64,000 bases of DNA from a virus, in the IMG/VR virus record IMGVR_UViG_3300044731_001110, positions 5,147-69,146 of that record; one strand, 5' to 3'. Numbering within the stretch: position 1 is the stretch's first letter; the number at the start of each line of letters is the position of its first letter. The notes under the pieces are model-generated. The model made no database searches, was not told where the DNA came from, and was given only the letters and a program-made list of their open reading frames with translations. Made by a program: the position numbers and the translations under genes. Positions 46,836 to 57,002 of the stretch are shown piece by piece.

Positions 46836-47669
46836 ATGAATTACAAAGTTTTAGTTAGACAAATCATTAATGAAATAATTGATGAGAAACATACACCGGT
46901 AATGAAGTACTACTCATTTGATTGGGATGATAATCTTATGTTTATGCCAACAAAAATTTATTTAAAAGATAATAACGGAAAATCTGTTGGTATGTCAACG
47001 GAAGATTTTGCTGAACATAGGACACAGATTGGTAAAGACGAGTTTGAATATGAGGGACATACAATCATTGGTTTTGACGAAAATCCTTTTAGGGACTTTA
47101 GTGTTGCCGGAGATAAGAAATTCTTAACAGATGCTATGAAAGCACCAACTGGACCAGCTTGGTCTGATTTTGTGGAAGCAATTAATAACGGGTCAATATT
47201 CTCAATCGTTACTGCAAGAGGACATACACCATCAATTTTAAAACAAGCAGTTTATAATCTAATTAAAAAAAATATGCACGGAATTGATTCAAACCAATTA
47301 GCAAAAAATTTACTTAAATATAGGAATCTTGCTGATGAAGATAAATTAACAAAAGATCAGTTAATTAGAACTTATCTTGATATGTGTAGATTTTACCCAG
47401 TTTCATTTGGTGAAGGTTCTGCTACAAATCCGGAACAAGGAAAAATAATTGCTATGGAGGAATTTGTTAATTACGTTAAACAAATGTCATATCAACTACA
47501 AACAAAAGCTTTAATGAAAAATAAAATAAGTAATTATTTTACACCATTTATTGGTTTTTCAGATGATGATGTAAGAAATGTAGAATCTATGAAAAAACAT
47601 TTTGATAAAAAAGATGATAATATTTTACAGACTTATTTAACAGCAGGAGGAGAAAAAAGAAAATATTAA
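46836..47669 (+). CDS. HAD-superfamily hydrolase-like protein
   Basis: FDWDDNL (motif I), IVTARGH (motif II), K, GFSDDD (motif IV). Confidence 0.65.
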   Translation: MNYKVLVRQIINEIIDEKHTPVMKYYSFDWDDNLMFMPTKIYLKDNNGKSVGMSTEDFAEHRTQIGKDEFEYEGHTIIGFDENPFRDFSVAGDKKFLTDAMKAPTGPAWSDFVEAINNGSIFSIVTARGHTPSILKQAVYNLIKKNMHGIDSNQLAKNLLKYRNLADEDKLTKDQLIRTYLDMCRFYPVSFGEGSATNPEQGKIIAMEEFVNYVKQMSYQLQTKALMKNKISNYFTPFIGFSDDDVRNVESMKKHFDKKDDNILQTYLTAGGEKRKY

Positions 47670-47795
47670 ATAATTAATTAAGTAACTTACTATATAAGTA
47701 TATTTTGAAAATAATTTGAAGTAAATAGAAAAATTTTTCATAAGGATATATTTATCAAATAAAGAAAATAAACAATTAAAAAAAATTAAATAATT

Positions 47796-48284
47796 ATGGC
47801 TGATTTATTAATGAAAATGCCAGTTCCGTATGAACCGAAAAGACAGAACAGGTGGATTTTGAGATTTCCTTCTTCTTTAGGTATCAATGAATGGTATGTA
47901 GAATCAACATCAAGACCAAGTTTAACAATCGGTTCTACTGAAATTCAGTTTTTAAATACCTCAACATATGTTGCTGGTAGATTTACTTGGGGTGAATTAC
48001 CGGTTACTTTCCGTGACCCAATTGGGCCATCAGCATCACAAGCATTAATGGAGTGGATTCGTTTATGTGCTGAGTCAGTTACCGGTCGTATGGGTTATGC
48101 TGCAGGATACAAAAAGAATGTAGACCTTGAAATGCTGGATCCAACCGGAGTGGTTGTTGAGAAATGGATTTTAGAAGGAACATTCTTAACTAAATTTGAC
48201 GGTGGACAGTTAAGTTATAGTCAAGATGGTATTGCAACAATTTCATCTTCTTTGAGAATGGACCGTTGTATATTAGTATACTAA
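47796..48284 (+). CDS. Tail tube protein (T4 gp19-like)
   Basis: YEPKRQNRW, ALMEW, GYKKNV.LEMLDP.G.VVEKW; follows the sheath gene. Confidence 0.85.
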   Translation: MADLLMKMPVPYEPKRQNRWILRFPSSLGINEWYVESTSRPSLTIGSTEIQFLNTSTYVAGRFTWGELPVTFRDPIGPSASQALMEWIRLCAESVTGRMGYAAGYKKNVDLEMLDPTGVVVEKWILEGTFLTKFDGGQLSYSQDGIATISSSLRMDRCILVY

Positions 48285-48311
48285 ATTTTTATTCAAAATA
48301 TATTTTATTTT

Positions 48312-48348
48312 AAACCTATATGTTTTAGAACGTATAGGTTTTTTATTT
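48312..48348 (+). terminator. Intrinsic terminator after the tube gene
   Basis: AAACCTATATGTT-loop-AACGTATAGGTTT plus T tract. Confidence 0.75.
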
Positions 48349-48391
48349 ACAAAAAACATAAGTGAAGTATTTTTATAATAAAAAGAAAACT

Positions 48392-49156
48392 ATGGAACCA
48401 AATGTAAATGAATATGGACAAATCAATTTTAATTTACCACACGATATTGTACCACTACCATCCGGAGGTATATTTTATCCAAGTAAGAAAAAAAGTGTAA
48501 AAGTTGGTTATCTTACAGCGGCTGATGAAAACATTTTAATAAATTTTAATCCAAATAAAACAATAAAGGAAAGTATTATCTTACCATTATTAAGACAAAA
48601 ACTTTATGAACCAGATTTAAGGCCTGAAGAACTGCTTGATGGTGATATTGAAGCCATTTTAATATTTTTAAGAAATACATCATTTGGTCCTGAATATAAT
48701 ATTACATTAACTGACCCAAAAACACAAAATCAATTTGTTGCAAAAATTATATTAGATGAATTAAATATTAAAAAAAATAAAATTGAACCGGATAATAATG
48801 GTACATATACAACAGTATTACCAAAAAGTAATGTATCTGTTAAAGTAAAACCATTAACAATGCGTGATACAATTGAAATTGAAAATATTCTTGATAAATA
48901 CCCACAAGGTAGGGTAGCACCTATTGTTACATTACGATTAAGTAAAATGATTGTCGAAGTTAATGGAAACAACGACAAAGGTGAAATAGCAAAATTTATT
49001 GAATCAATGCCTATTGGGGATTCAAAATATCTAAGAAACTTCATTAACGAAAATGAACCAAAATTAGATTTAAACCGCGAAGTTATAGCCCCGTCTGGAG
49101 AAAAGGTGAATGTACAAATCACCTTTGGGGTGGAATTTTTTCGGCCTTTCTTCTGA
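48392..49156 (+). CDS. Tail/baseplate assembly chaperone (T4 gp26-like)
   Basis: LPSGGIFY, LTAADENIL, DIEAILIFLR, C-terminal FF; between tube and tape measure; ATG at 48392 preferred. Confidence 0.65.
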   Translation: MEPNVNEYGQINFNLPHDIVPLPSGGIFYPSKKKSVKVGYLTAADENILINFNPNKTIKESIILPLLRQKLYEPDLRPEELLDGDIEAILIFLRNTSFGPEYNITLTDPKTQNQFVAKIILDELNIKKNKIEPDNNGTYTTVLPKSNVSVKVKPLTMRDTIEIENILDKYPQGRVAPIVTLRLSKMIVEVNGNNDKGEIAKFIESMPIGDSKYLRNFINENEPKLDLNREVIAPSGEKVNVQITFGVEFFRPFF

Positions 49157-49295
49157 TTATAGGACATATCTTTTAGACGAATACATTTTTTTAGCTAGGA
49201 CTTTACGTATGTCGTATTCCGATTTTAGAATACTACCAACATATGAAAGGAAATATATTATTGATAAAGTAATAGAACAAAATAAAAAAGATTAA
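49137..49295 (+). CDS. Overlapping +1-frame ORF, probable frameshift extension of the chaperone
   Basis: Open +1 frame FFGLSSDYRTYLLDEYIFLARTLRMSYSDFRILPTYERKYII overlapping TTT TTT CGG. Confidence 0.6.
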   Translation, partial: FFGLSSDYRTYLLDEYIFLARTLRMSYSDFRILPTYERKYIIDKVIEQNKKD

Positions 49296-49319
49296 TCTAG
49301 CTATTTATAAAATAAAAAA

Positions 49320-51341
49320 ATGACTGATGATAGTAATGTCTCTGATGCTGGTGTTGCAGCTGAAAGGTTAAAACTAGAAAATGCTGCCGCCGAAAAAGTT
49401 GGTAGAAAAATTGGTGAGGGTTTTGTTGACGCCGCAATGGGAGGTATTGGTGATGAACAAGGGGGTCTTACAAAATATTTTAAAGATTTAGCCAATGATT
49501 TATTAAGCCCTAAAGCTTACTTAAATAGGGCTATGGATCTAGAAACACAAGCCACAAAATTAAGAAATACTTTAGGTTTAGGTGTCGAAAAATCAAGGGA
49601 GTTTTCACAAGCTATTGCCGATAACGCAGGAAAGTTTAAAGAATATGGTTTTGACCTTGAGGATGTTGTCGATACATATGATGATTTATTTAAGACATTT
49701 AAAACAAATGTATCGGTCTCAAATGAGGAATTATTAGAATTAAAAACAACAGCAGCAGTAACTGGTGTTCAGGTTGATAATTTAGCTGGAAGTTTTAGAG
49801 GTGTTGGAATTTCAATTACTGAAGTTGGGGACAATATGTTAGAAGTTGTTAATATTGCTAAAGATGCTGGTGTTGCCGTAAGTTCCGTTTCAAAAGAAGT
49901 TGTTGGTAATTTAGATAAAATGAATCTTTATAACTTTGAAGGTGGTGTTAAAGGTTTAGCAAAAATGTCAGCTCAAGCTGTAAGACTTAATATTGATATG
50001 AGTAAAATGTTTTCTATTGTAGAAAACGCAATGGACCCTGAAAAAGCAATAAATTATGCTGCTAGCTTACAAAGATTAGGTGTACAAACAAGTGCATTAT
50101 TAGATCCTCTTAGAATGATGGATATGGCACAAAATGACCCAGCAGAATTACAAAATCAAATTGTTAATATGACAAAAGATTTTGTTAGATTTAACAAAGA
50201 ACTTGGTCAATTTGAAATTATGCCAGGAGAAAAAAGAAGGTTAAAAGAAATTGGTGATGAATTAGGTATGGCTAGTGGTGAATTACAAAAAATGGCATTA
50301 AATGCGGCAAATCTGGATTTTAAAATGAAACAGATAAGATTCCCAAGTTCTATCGCATCTAAAGAAGATAGAGAGTTAATAGCAACTTTAGCCACAGTAA
50401 ATAAACAAGGTGTTGCTGAGGTTAAAGTAAAAAAAGTTGACGCGCAAGGTAAACCAACTGGTGAATTTGATATGGTTGCGGTTGAAAATTTAACGGACGC
50501 TCAAATCCAAGGTCTTAAAGAACAACAATCACAAGGTCAAACAATGGAAGAAATTGCTAAAGAGCAATTAACGGAACAACAAAGACTTAATTATTTAATT
50601 GAATCTGTATTCACTTCAATTGGTTACGGTGTTGCCGGCTCTAAACCTGTTAGAGGTGTTATGGAACTTGTAACAAAAGATGTTAGACAAAATTTGTTTC
50701 AAGAAACTGGAAGAAAAGAAGGTGAACCAAAAGGTCTTATTGGTGAAGAATTTAGAAATTCTGAAATTTATAGAAAATTTACAAACACCGGGTATGAAAC
50801 AGCAAAAACTTATGTTACAGAACTTATGAAACAAATGGGTTTACCAACAGATATGAAAGACATTAAAGAATTAGTTTTAAATAAAGTTTCTGACTTAATA
50901 CCAGATATGTCATCAATAGAAGACTACTTACCAGATATATCATCAATAACAGATTTATTTAAAAATGTTATACCTATGGGTGGTTCTGAAACTGACCCCC
51001 TTTCAAATTTCCAAACAATAACGAAAAGTTTAAATACAATAACTGAAAATACTAATACACAAATAAACCAAATATCGAACTTTAGTAGTATGGAGTTTAA
51101 ACCATTAGAAATTAAAGAGGATATGAAAGTTTCTTTAGATGTTAAATTAGATCCTGATTCTAAAAATCAAGCGCTCACACAACTTATGACAACAGCTTTA
51201 GAAATGTTTTTCCAAGGTGGCGGAAATAAAGATAATGTTAATATGGTATTAGAAGAATTAAATAAACTTAAAACAAATCAAGGTTTGACGTTAAATCAAA
51301 CAAAAGAAAGTTTAGTTAATATGCCTGGTAAAAAAGAATAA
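49320..51341 (+). CDS. Tape measure-like protein
   Basis: Helical Ala/Leu/Gln/Met-rich sequence directly after the tube and chaperone genes. Confidence 0.65.
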   Translation: MTDDSNVSDAGVAAERLKLENAAAEKVGRKIGEGFVDAAMGGIGDEQGGLTKYFKDLANDLLSPKAYLNRAMDLETQATKLRNTLGLGVEKSREFSQAIADNAGKFKEYGFDLEDVVDTYDDLFKTFKTNVSVSNEELLELKTTAAVTGVQVDNLAGSFRGVGISITEVGDNMLEVVNIAKDAGVAVSSVSKEVVGNLDKMNLYNFEGGVKGLAKMSAQAVRLNIDMSKMFSIVENAMDPEKAINYAASLQRLGVQTSALLDPLRMMDMAQNDPAELQNQIVNMTKDFVRFNKELGQFEIMPGEKRRLKEIGDELGMASGELQKMALNAANLDFKMKQIRFPSSIASKEDRELIATLATVNKQGVAEVKVKKVDAQGKPTGEFDMVAVENLTDAQIQGLKEQQSQGQTMEEIAKEQLTEQQRLNYLIESVFTSIGYGVAGSKPVRGVMELVTKDVRQNLFQETGRKEGEPKGLIGEEFRNSEIYRKFTNTGYETAKTYVTELMKQMGLPTDMKDIKELVLNKVSDLIPDMSSIEDYLPDISSITDLFKNVIPMGGSETDPLSNFQTITKSLNTITENTNTQINQISNFSSMEFKPLEIKEDMKVSLDVKLDPDSKNQALTQLMTTALEMFFQGGGNKDNVNMVLEELNKLKTNQGLTLNQTKESLVNMPGKKE

Positions 51342-51400
51342 ATCCTAAATTCATTTATAAAAATTAGATATTATCTATTTATTATAAAAAGAAACAATAG

Positions 51401-54400
51401 ATGTCAGATAGTTTTTTATCATTTAACGCCAGTTCTTCATTTAGGAATAATTTAATGGGTAGAAATTTAGCCCCTTATAATGTTCCTGGAGCATATAGCC
51501 CACCATCTGGAAATGTGAATTATGAGGTATCACCATTAAATGATAGTCCTATTGTTGACTCACCAAATGATTTAATTGGTACAACAGTTCAAGCAAACCA
51601 ATTATATCCATTAAACGAATATGGTCCAGATGGTGGTTATAATAATATTATATCAACAAATGGTCCACCATTACCAGTAGACTCAAATCAAGGAGAATAT
51701 GGTCAAGATGATGCCCAATTAGATTTAGTCAACGAATTTTTTATTGACAACGCTTATATTAAAAATATTTTTGGACCAGAGGGTGGTTACAAAGATTTGG
51801 TTATTGTGACTGATATAATATCAAATTCACAATATTTTTTACCTTATTCGGATAATTCAGGATTTCCTTTAATATTCAGCCCATCAACATATACACCCTT
51901 TCAAATCCTAATCGAAGACAACCCAACCGGTTCTAATGGACCGTTATCGCAAGATTCAGAACTAGCACAAAGAGCGGCTCTAGCCTTACGAGAAGAATTC
52001 CAAAGAAGGATTGAATTAGAAACACAACAATTAGTTTCTAGTGTTTTTCAGTTAGACCAATTGGAAGACCCTTTTGAAGCATCATTAGTTGCTACCGGTC
52101 AACAACCTTTAATTGGTAAAAATTGGAAAATTACAGTTCCAGAAAATCCGGTATTAGCGGCAGTTTCATTTGCAAATAGAATTACTGGTACATATTTTCC
52201 AGTATCACCAATACCTGGTGATTATTTTAATGAGACAAACCAAGTATTACCGGGACAAACTGAAGGTGCATTAAATGTTATAAATAATCTAACTGGAGGT
52301 TTATTAGGTCCAATATTAAACAAATATAGAAACCCTTCAGAGGTTTTTGTTGAAAATACTGGTTATGGACAAAAATCAGTATTATTTAAAAGCTTAGACT
52401 ATAACATATATAGACCAAAATACAATAAAGGTTTAGTATTAGGTGTTACAGATTTTATATCAAATTTATTAGGTGCTAATGATGATAAAGGTGGTGGTTA
52501 TTATGTTGGTAGTGATCAAGCTGAACCCTCAACAATTAATACACCGGCAAATGAAATACCTGTTGATAGATTTGGTAAACAACAACCAAGTCCGGTATAT
52601 GGTCCATCTGATTTAGCTAAATTATATGAAGGTAATGTAGACCAAATAAAATTTGGTTTAGCAGCAAGTTCTTATACAAATCAAGGTGGTGTTGCGGGAC
52701 AATTTGTTTGGTTATCACCAAAATATAAAGATAATTTAGGTTTTAAAGTAAAACCAGGCGGCGATCCAGTACAACCACAAGACCAACAATTTGATGCGGT
52801 TAAATTTGAATTTAATCAAAGTACACAATCAACAGATTTTAAATTTAAAGGAGGCTCAATACTTGATAATACACAAAGATTAATAGAATCAGCAGATAAT
52901 GTAACTGGAGCCAAAAGATTAGAGCATGTTGGTAATGCAATTAATCAAGTTTCAAAAGTTTTTAATGATGGTTATAAAGAATTAACAAAAGGTTCAAGAG
53001 TTATTGCGTACTATGATAGTGTTACAAATTCACAAACAATGTCAATTGATGGAACTGAAGTTGGTAGTGAATATTGTAGGATTTTTCAAAAAGATACACC
53101 GTATTTAACATATGCCGATTTACAAAAAACAGATGGTATCACAACTTCTGGTCGAAAATTTTCATATTCAGTTTTTGATAATACATATAATTTAAATATT
53201 GCTCCTTTAAGAAATCCTGGATCAACAAATATTATTGACGGAAAAGTTAAAAAATATATGTTTTCTTTAGAAAACTTAGCTTGGAGAACATCTAGCGAAC
53301 CTGGATTTACATACGATGATTTACCAATCTGTGAAAGAGGACCAAATGGTGGTAGAATTATGTGGTTTCCTCCATATAATTTAACATTTAGTGATTCATC
53401 AACCGCTAGTTGGAACTCAACATCATTTTTAGGTAGACCAGAACCAATATATACATACAAGGATACAAAAAGATCCGGATCAATTGGTTGGACAATTGTT
53501 GTTGATTCACCAGCATCTATGAACACAATTGTTGAAAAACAATTGGCAAATATGTCACCAGAACAAGTGGACTCAATTATGGATTCATTTTTTGCTGGTT
53601 GTGTTAAATACGACTTATATGATTTAGCGGTTAAATTTAATCAAATCCCAATTAATGAGTTATATACTTATCAAGAAATTTTACAAAACCCAAGATTAAC
53701 TGACGAAGAAAAATTTGGTGTTTTAAAAGAAATCCCAATTAATGAAGGAACTACAACTAATGGTGCAAATACTGTACAAGAAGGTGGTGGTGATGGTAAA
53801 CAAGGTGTTGATAACACAAATAGTAATACAACAAATGGTAGTAATACCACAATATCTAGTGATATTGATATTGAATGTCTAAAAGAAGATATACAAGGGT
53901 ATGTTGGTTATGCTTTTTACTTTCATAACGACTGTCCAGAATGTGTTGGTAGTACATCTGTAACATCTAGTCAACCATATAGTTATTGGTATGATTCATA
54001 TATTAACACATACAAACCATTATATGCTGATAAAGCACCAGCAAATGTAACAACTGGACTTAATGGTGAAAGTTTTAGTAGTAATGGTATACCACAATTT
54101 TTTTCTAGTGTTATTGAAGGAAACTTTAGTGCAATTAAAAGTGATTTCTTACCTGTCAAATTAAAACAAGTTTTAGTTGATTTACAAGGTAAAGTTACTA
54201 TAGAATTAAGAGGTTCAGCTTCAGCACCAGCATCAGAGGATTATAACGTTAACCTATCAAAAAGAAGAAATAACTCTGTTGAACAATGGTTATTAAAACA
54301 AACTGTTGGTGACAAAACATTGGCTGTTTGGAAAACAGAAGGAAAATTTAAGATAACATATGTATCAAGTGGTGAGGGTGCTGTTTTACCTAAAAATTCT

Positions 54401-56677
54401 GAACAAGAAAGTGAAACCGGCGACCCAGGTGTACAAGGTTATAATTTAACTAATAGGATATCATGTACAAAAAATATTTATAATACGGCATCACAAACAG
54501 TAACATCTAGATCACAAATATATAGTATTCCGGCAATGGCTTGTAGACGTGTTGCGATTGATAAAATAACTATTTCTGATATTGTACCACCACCAACGAC
54601 AACAACGACAACAACAGTAAAACCACCATTAAAATGGAAATGTTTACCAGCGCCTAGTGGTTGTACCGAAACTGAAGGTCCTGATGGTTATTTAACGCAA
54701 GCCGAATGTCTTAGTGCTTGTAGTCAAACACAACAAATTAAATATGCTTGTGTTAATGGTAAATGTCAAGAAGCCGCAGATGGTCGATTTTTAAGTGAAC
54801 AAGAATGTATTGATGATGGTTGTGGTGGCGATACACCAACACCACCTAGAATTGATCCAGTACCAGACATTAAAAAATCAATTAAAGAGGGAATATCTAA
54901 AAAAATATTAAGAAGGTTATTTTCGGAATGTGATTATTTTGAAGTAATAAAAGAATCTAACCCAATGGTATATGCTAGTCTAAAAGATAAAATAAAATAT
55001 TTTAGTCCAACCTTCCATTCAATGACGCCAGAAGGTTTAAACGCCAGATTAACATTTCTTAATCAATGCGTTAGACCTGGACAAACAATTCCGGTTATTG
55101 GGCCAGACGGAAAACCAAAATACAATGATGCTAGAAATACTTCATTTGGTGCACCACCAGTATTGGTGTTAAGAATTGGTGACTTTTATCATACTAAAAT
55201 TATTCCTAATCAATTATCAATACAATATGAACCATTAATATATGACATCAATCCAGAAGGAATTGGTATACAACCTATGTTAGCAAAAATAACATTAGGT
55301 TTTGATTTTATTGGTGGTCACGGTTTGGCGGGTCCTGTTGCACAATTACAAAACGCACTTTCATTTAACTATTATGCGAACACAGAAATTTACGATGAAA
55401 GAGCCATAGCAACAGAAAGTACGAAAGAAAGAGATGAACAAATTGTTGCAAAAATTATTGATAGACAAGGATCTCAAGCTCCTGTACAAACACCAATAAA
55501 TAATCAACCAATACCAGAAAGTGGCGGCGCAACAATAGGAACTATTTTAACTACAGAAACTTTTGAAGATGGAACTGTCCAAACAGGTACAACAGAGTTT
55601 AAAAGTATATTTAAAGAACTATCAGACAAAACAAATAATTATTTCAAAACAATTGTAAATCAATTAAAAACACTAAACGAAACAACAAACTTACCAATAA
55701 CACAACTTGTTGTTCTTGATAGATATTTTAAAGATGGTAATTTAAATAATCATAGTCAAAATTCAAAACAACAAACAGAGTTATTTGGTAAAGCTGAAAA
55801 AGTTGAAGATAAAATTGCTAGATTAATTGATAAGTCAATATTAGATGTTGAACAGAAAAAAAACCCAATAATTTTAGCAATTGAAAATGCTAATGGTGGT
55901 TGGTCTTCGGCAACAAGACGAGATGTTATAAATACATTAGTACAAATAATAACAGATAAAGAAAATGAAATTAACAATACTGTTATTGGACCTTTAAATG
56001 AGATTACAAAATATCAAGAAGGTTATGTACAAACATTTAGAAAGTTAGATTTAGTATCAATTAAAGTTGATGGTTATAAACTAGATACTGGTGAGTATAA
56101 AGTTTATAATTTATTAAGTCCACAAAATGTTTTTGATGATTTTACTTTAAAATATTCTAATGAAACGGCAAAAATATTAAAAGAATTTAATAGTGAATTA
56201 AAAGAGTCACAGTATAAAATATTAAGACCAGAAATTTTAACAGAAAATAACACAAGCTTTAAACCATTAACTACTTTGTTTTCAACAACAGAGGAAACAA
56301 GAAGGTTTTATTTTGTAATGTCAGATGTATTTACAAATGATAATAAATATAACGAATTTGTTAGTAAATTATTAACAGAAAGGGTAAAAGGAAATTCAGA
56401 TTTGGTAAAACTAATTGAATCAACTTGTAACAATTTAAAAATAGAATTTACTAGAGAATACGACTTAGAAAAAAAATTATTTGTAGACTTCCAAGCAGCA
56501 GCAAGTTATCAAAAATTTGTCAATTATAAAATTAACGAATTTGAAACAACTGTCACATACACAACTAAAAAAGACGATGACAATAACAAAAATAAAAAAT
56601 TATTAAGACAAACTTATAGTGATTTAAACATAAATAATGATAGGAAAACATTTAACGATAAAATAACATTTAATTAA
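51401..56677 (+). CDS. Giant baseplate/tail-associated protein (1758 aa) with an internal OmpA-like domain
   Basis: IELRGSAS...YNVNLSKRR...CRRV motif; position after the tape measure gene. Confidence 0.6.
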   Translation: MSDSFLSFNASSSFRNNLMGRNLAPYNVPGAYSPPSGNVNYEVSPLNDSPIVDSPNDLIGTTVQANQLYPLNEYGPDGGYNNIISTNGPPLPVDSNQGEYGQDDAQLDLVNEFFIDNAYIKNIFGPEGGYKDLVIVTDIISNSQYFLPYSDNSGFPLIFSPSTYTPFQILIEDNPTGSNGPLSQDSELAQRAALALREEFQRRIELETQQLVSSVFQLDQLEDPFEASLVATGQQPLIGKNWKITVPENPVLAAVSFANRITGTYFPVSPIPGDYFNETNQVLPGQTEGALNVINNLTGGLLGPILNKYRNPSEVFVENTGYGQKSVLFKSLDYNIYRPKYNKGLVLGVTDFISNLLGANDDKGGGYYVGSDQAEPSTINTPANEIPVDRFGKQQPSPVYGPSDLAKLYEGNVDQIKFGLAASSYTNQGGVAGQFVWLSPKYKDNLGFKVKPGGDPVQPQDQQFDAVKFEFNQSTQSTDFKFKGGSILDNTQRLIESADNVTGAKRLEHVGNAINQVSKVFNDGYKELTKGSRVIAYYDSVTNSQTMSIDGTEVGSEYCRIFQKDTPYLTYADLQKTDGITTSGRKFSYSVFDNTYNLNIAPLRNPGSTNIIDGKVKKYMFSLENLAWRTSSEPGFTYDDLPICERGPNGGRIMWFPPYNLTFSDSSTASWNSTSFLGRPEPIYTYKDTKRSGSIGWTIVVDSPASMNTIVEKQLANMSPEQVDSIMDSFFAGCVKYDLYDLAVKFNQIPINELYTYQEILQNPRLTDEEKFGVLKEIPINEGTTTNGANTVQEGGGDGKQGVDNTNSNTTNGSNTTISSDIDIECLKEDIQGYVGYAFYFHNDCPECVGSTSVTSSQPYSYWYDSYINTYKPLYADKAPANVTTGLNGESFSSNGIPQFFSSVIEGNFSAIKSDFLPVKLKQVLVDLQGKVTIELRGSASAPASEDYNVNLSKRRNNSVEQWLLKQTVGDKTLAVWKTEGKFKITYVSSGEGAVLPKNSEQESETGDPGVQGYNLTNRISCTKNIYNTASQTVTSRSQIYSIPAMACRRVAIDKITISDIVPPPTTTTTTTVKPPLKWKCLPAPSGCTETEGPDGYLTQAECLSACSQTQQIKYACVNGKCQEAADGRFLSEQECIDDGCGGDTPTPPRIDPVPDIKKSIKEGISKKILRRLFSECDYFEVIKESNPMVYASLKDKIKYFSPTFHSMTPEGLNARLTFLNQCVRPGQTIPVIGPDGKPKYNDARNTSFGAPPVLVLRIGDFYHTKIIPNQLSIQYEPLIYDINPEGIGIQPMLAKITLGFDFIGGHGLAGPVAQLQNALSFNYYANTEIYDERAIATESTKERDEQIVAKIIDRQGSQAPVQTPINNQPIPESGGATIGTILTTETFEDGTVQTGTTEFKSIFKELSDKTNNYFKTIVNQLKTLNETTNLPITQLVVLDRYFKDGNLNNHSQNSKQQTELFGKAEKVEDKIARLIDKSILDVEQKKNPIILAIENANGGWSSATRRDVINTLVQIITDKENEINNTVIGPLNEITKYQEGYVQTFRKLDLVSIKVDGYKLDTGEYKVYNLLSPQNVFDDFTLKYSNETAKILKEFNSELKESQYKILRPEILTENNTSFKPLTTLFSTTEETRRFYFVMSDVFTNDNKYNEFVSKLLTERVKGNSDLVKLIESTCNNLKIEFTREYDLEKKLFVDFQAAASYQKFVNYKINEFETTVTYTTKKDDDNNKNKKLLRQTYSDLNINNDRKTFNDKITFN

Positions 56678-56678
56678 T

Positions 56679-57002
56679 ATGGCATTACAATATTATAATA
56701 GATATAGTATGTTTTTGGATAATGGAAAACAAAGAGTTGTTCCTTATGTTACATTACCTATAAAACCAACAGATAAAAAATATATTTATAAAATTGGTCA
56801 ATCAAGACTAGATAAAATATCACAACAATATTATGGTTCGCCATTTTTTGGTTGGTTAATACAACAAGCAAATCCTGGTTATACGGGACTTGAAGCAAAC
56901 ATACCTGATGGTGCTATATTGACAATTCCATTTCCATTACTAACTTCATTACAAGACTATAAATCAACATTAGATAATCATTTCCTATACTATGGTAAAT
57001 AA
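56679..57002 (+). CDS. LysM-like baseplate wedge/tail X protein (gp53-like)
   Basis: RLDKISQQYYG...WLI..ANP...IPDGAILTIP. Confidence 0.7.
   Translation: MALQYYNRYSMFLDNGKQRVVPYVTLPIKPTDKKYIYKIGQSRLDKISQQYYGSPFFGWLIQQANPGYTGLEANIPDGAILTIPFPLLTSLQDYKSTLDNHFLYYGK

Noticed and set aside
48730-49167. 145-aa minus-strand ORF (likewise 53086-53526 and 31927-32199)
   Set aside because: Lie antisense to well-supported genes and show no recognisable motifs
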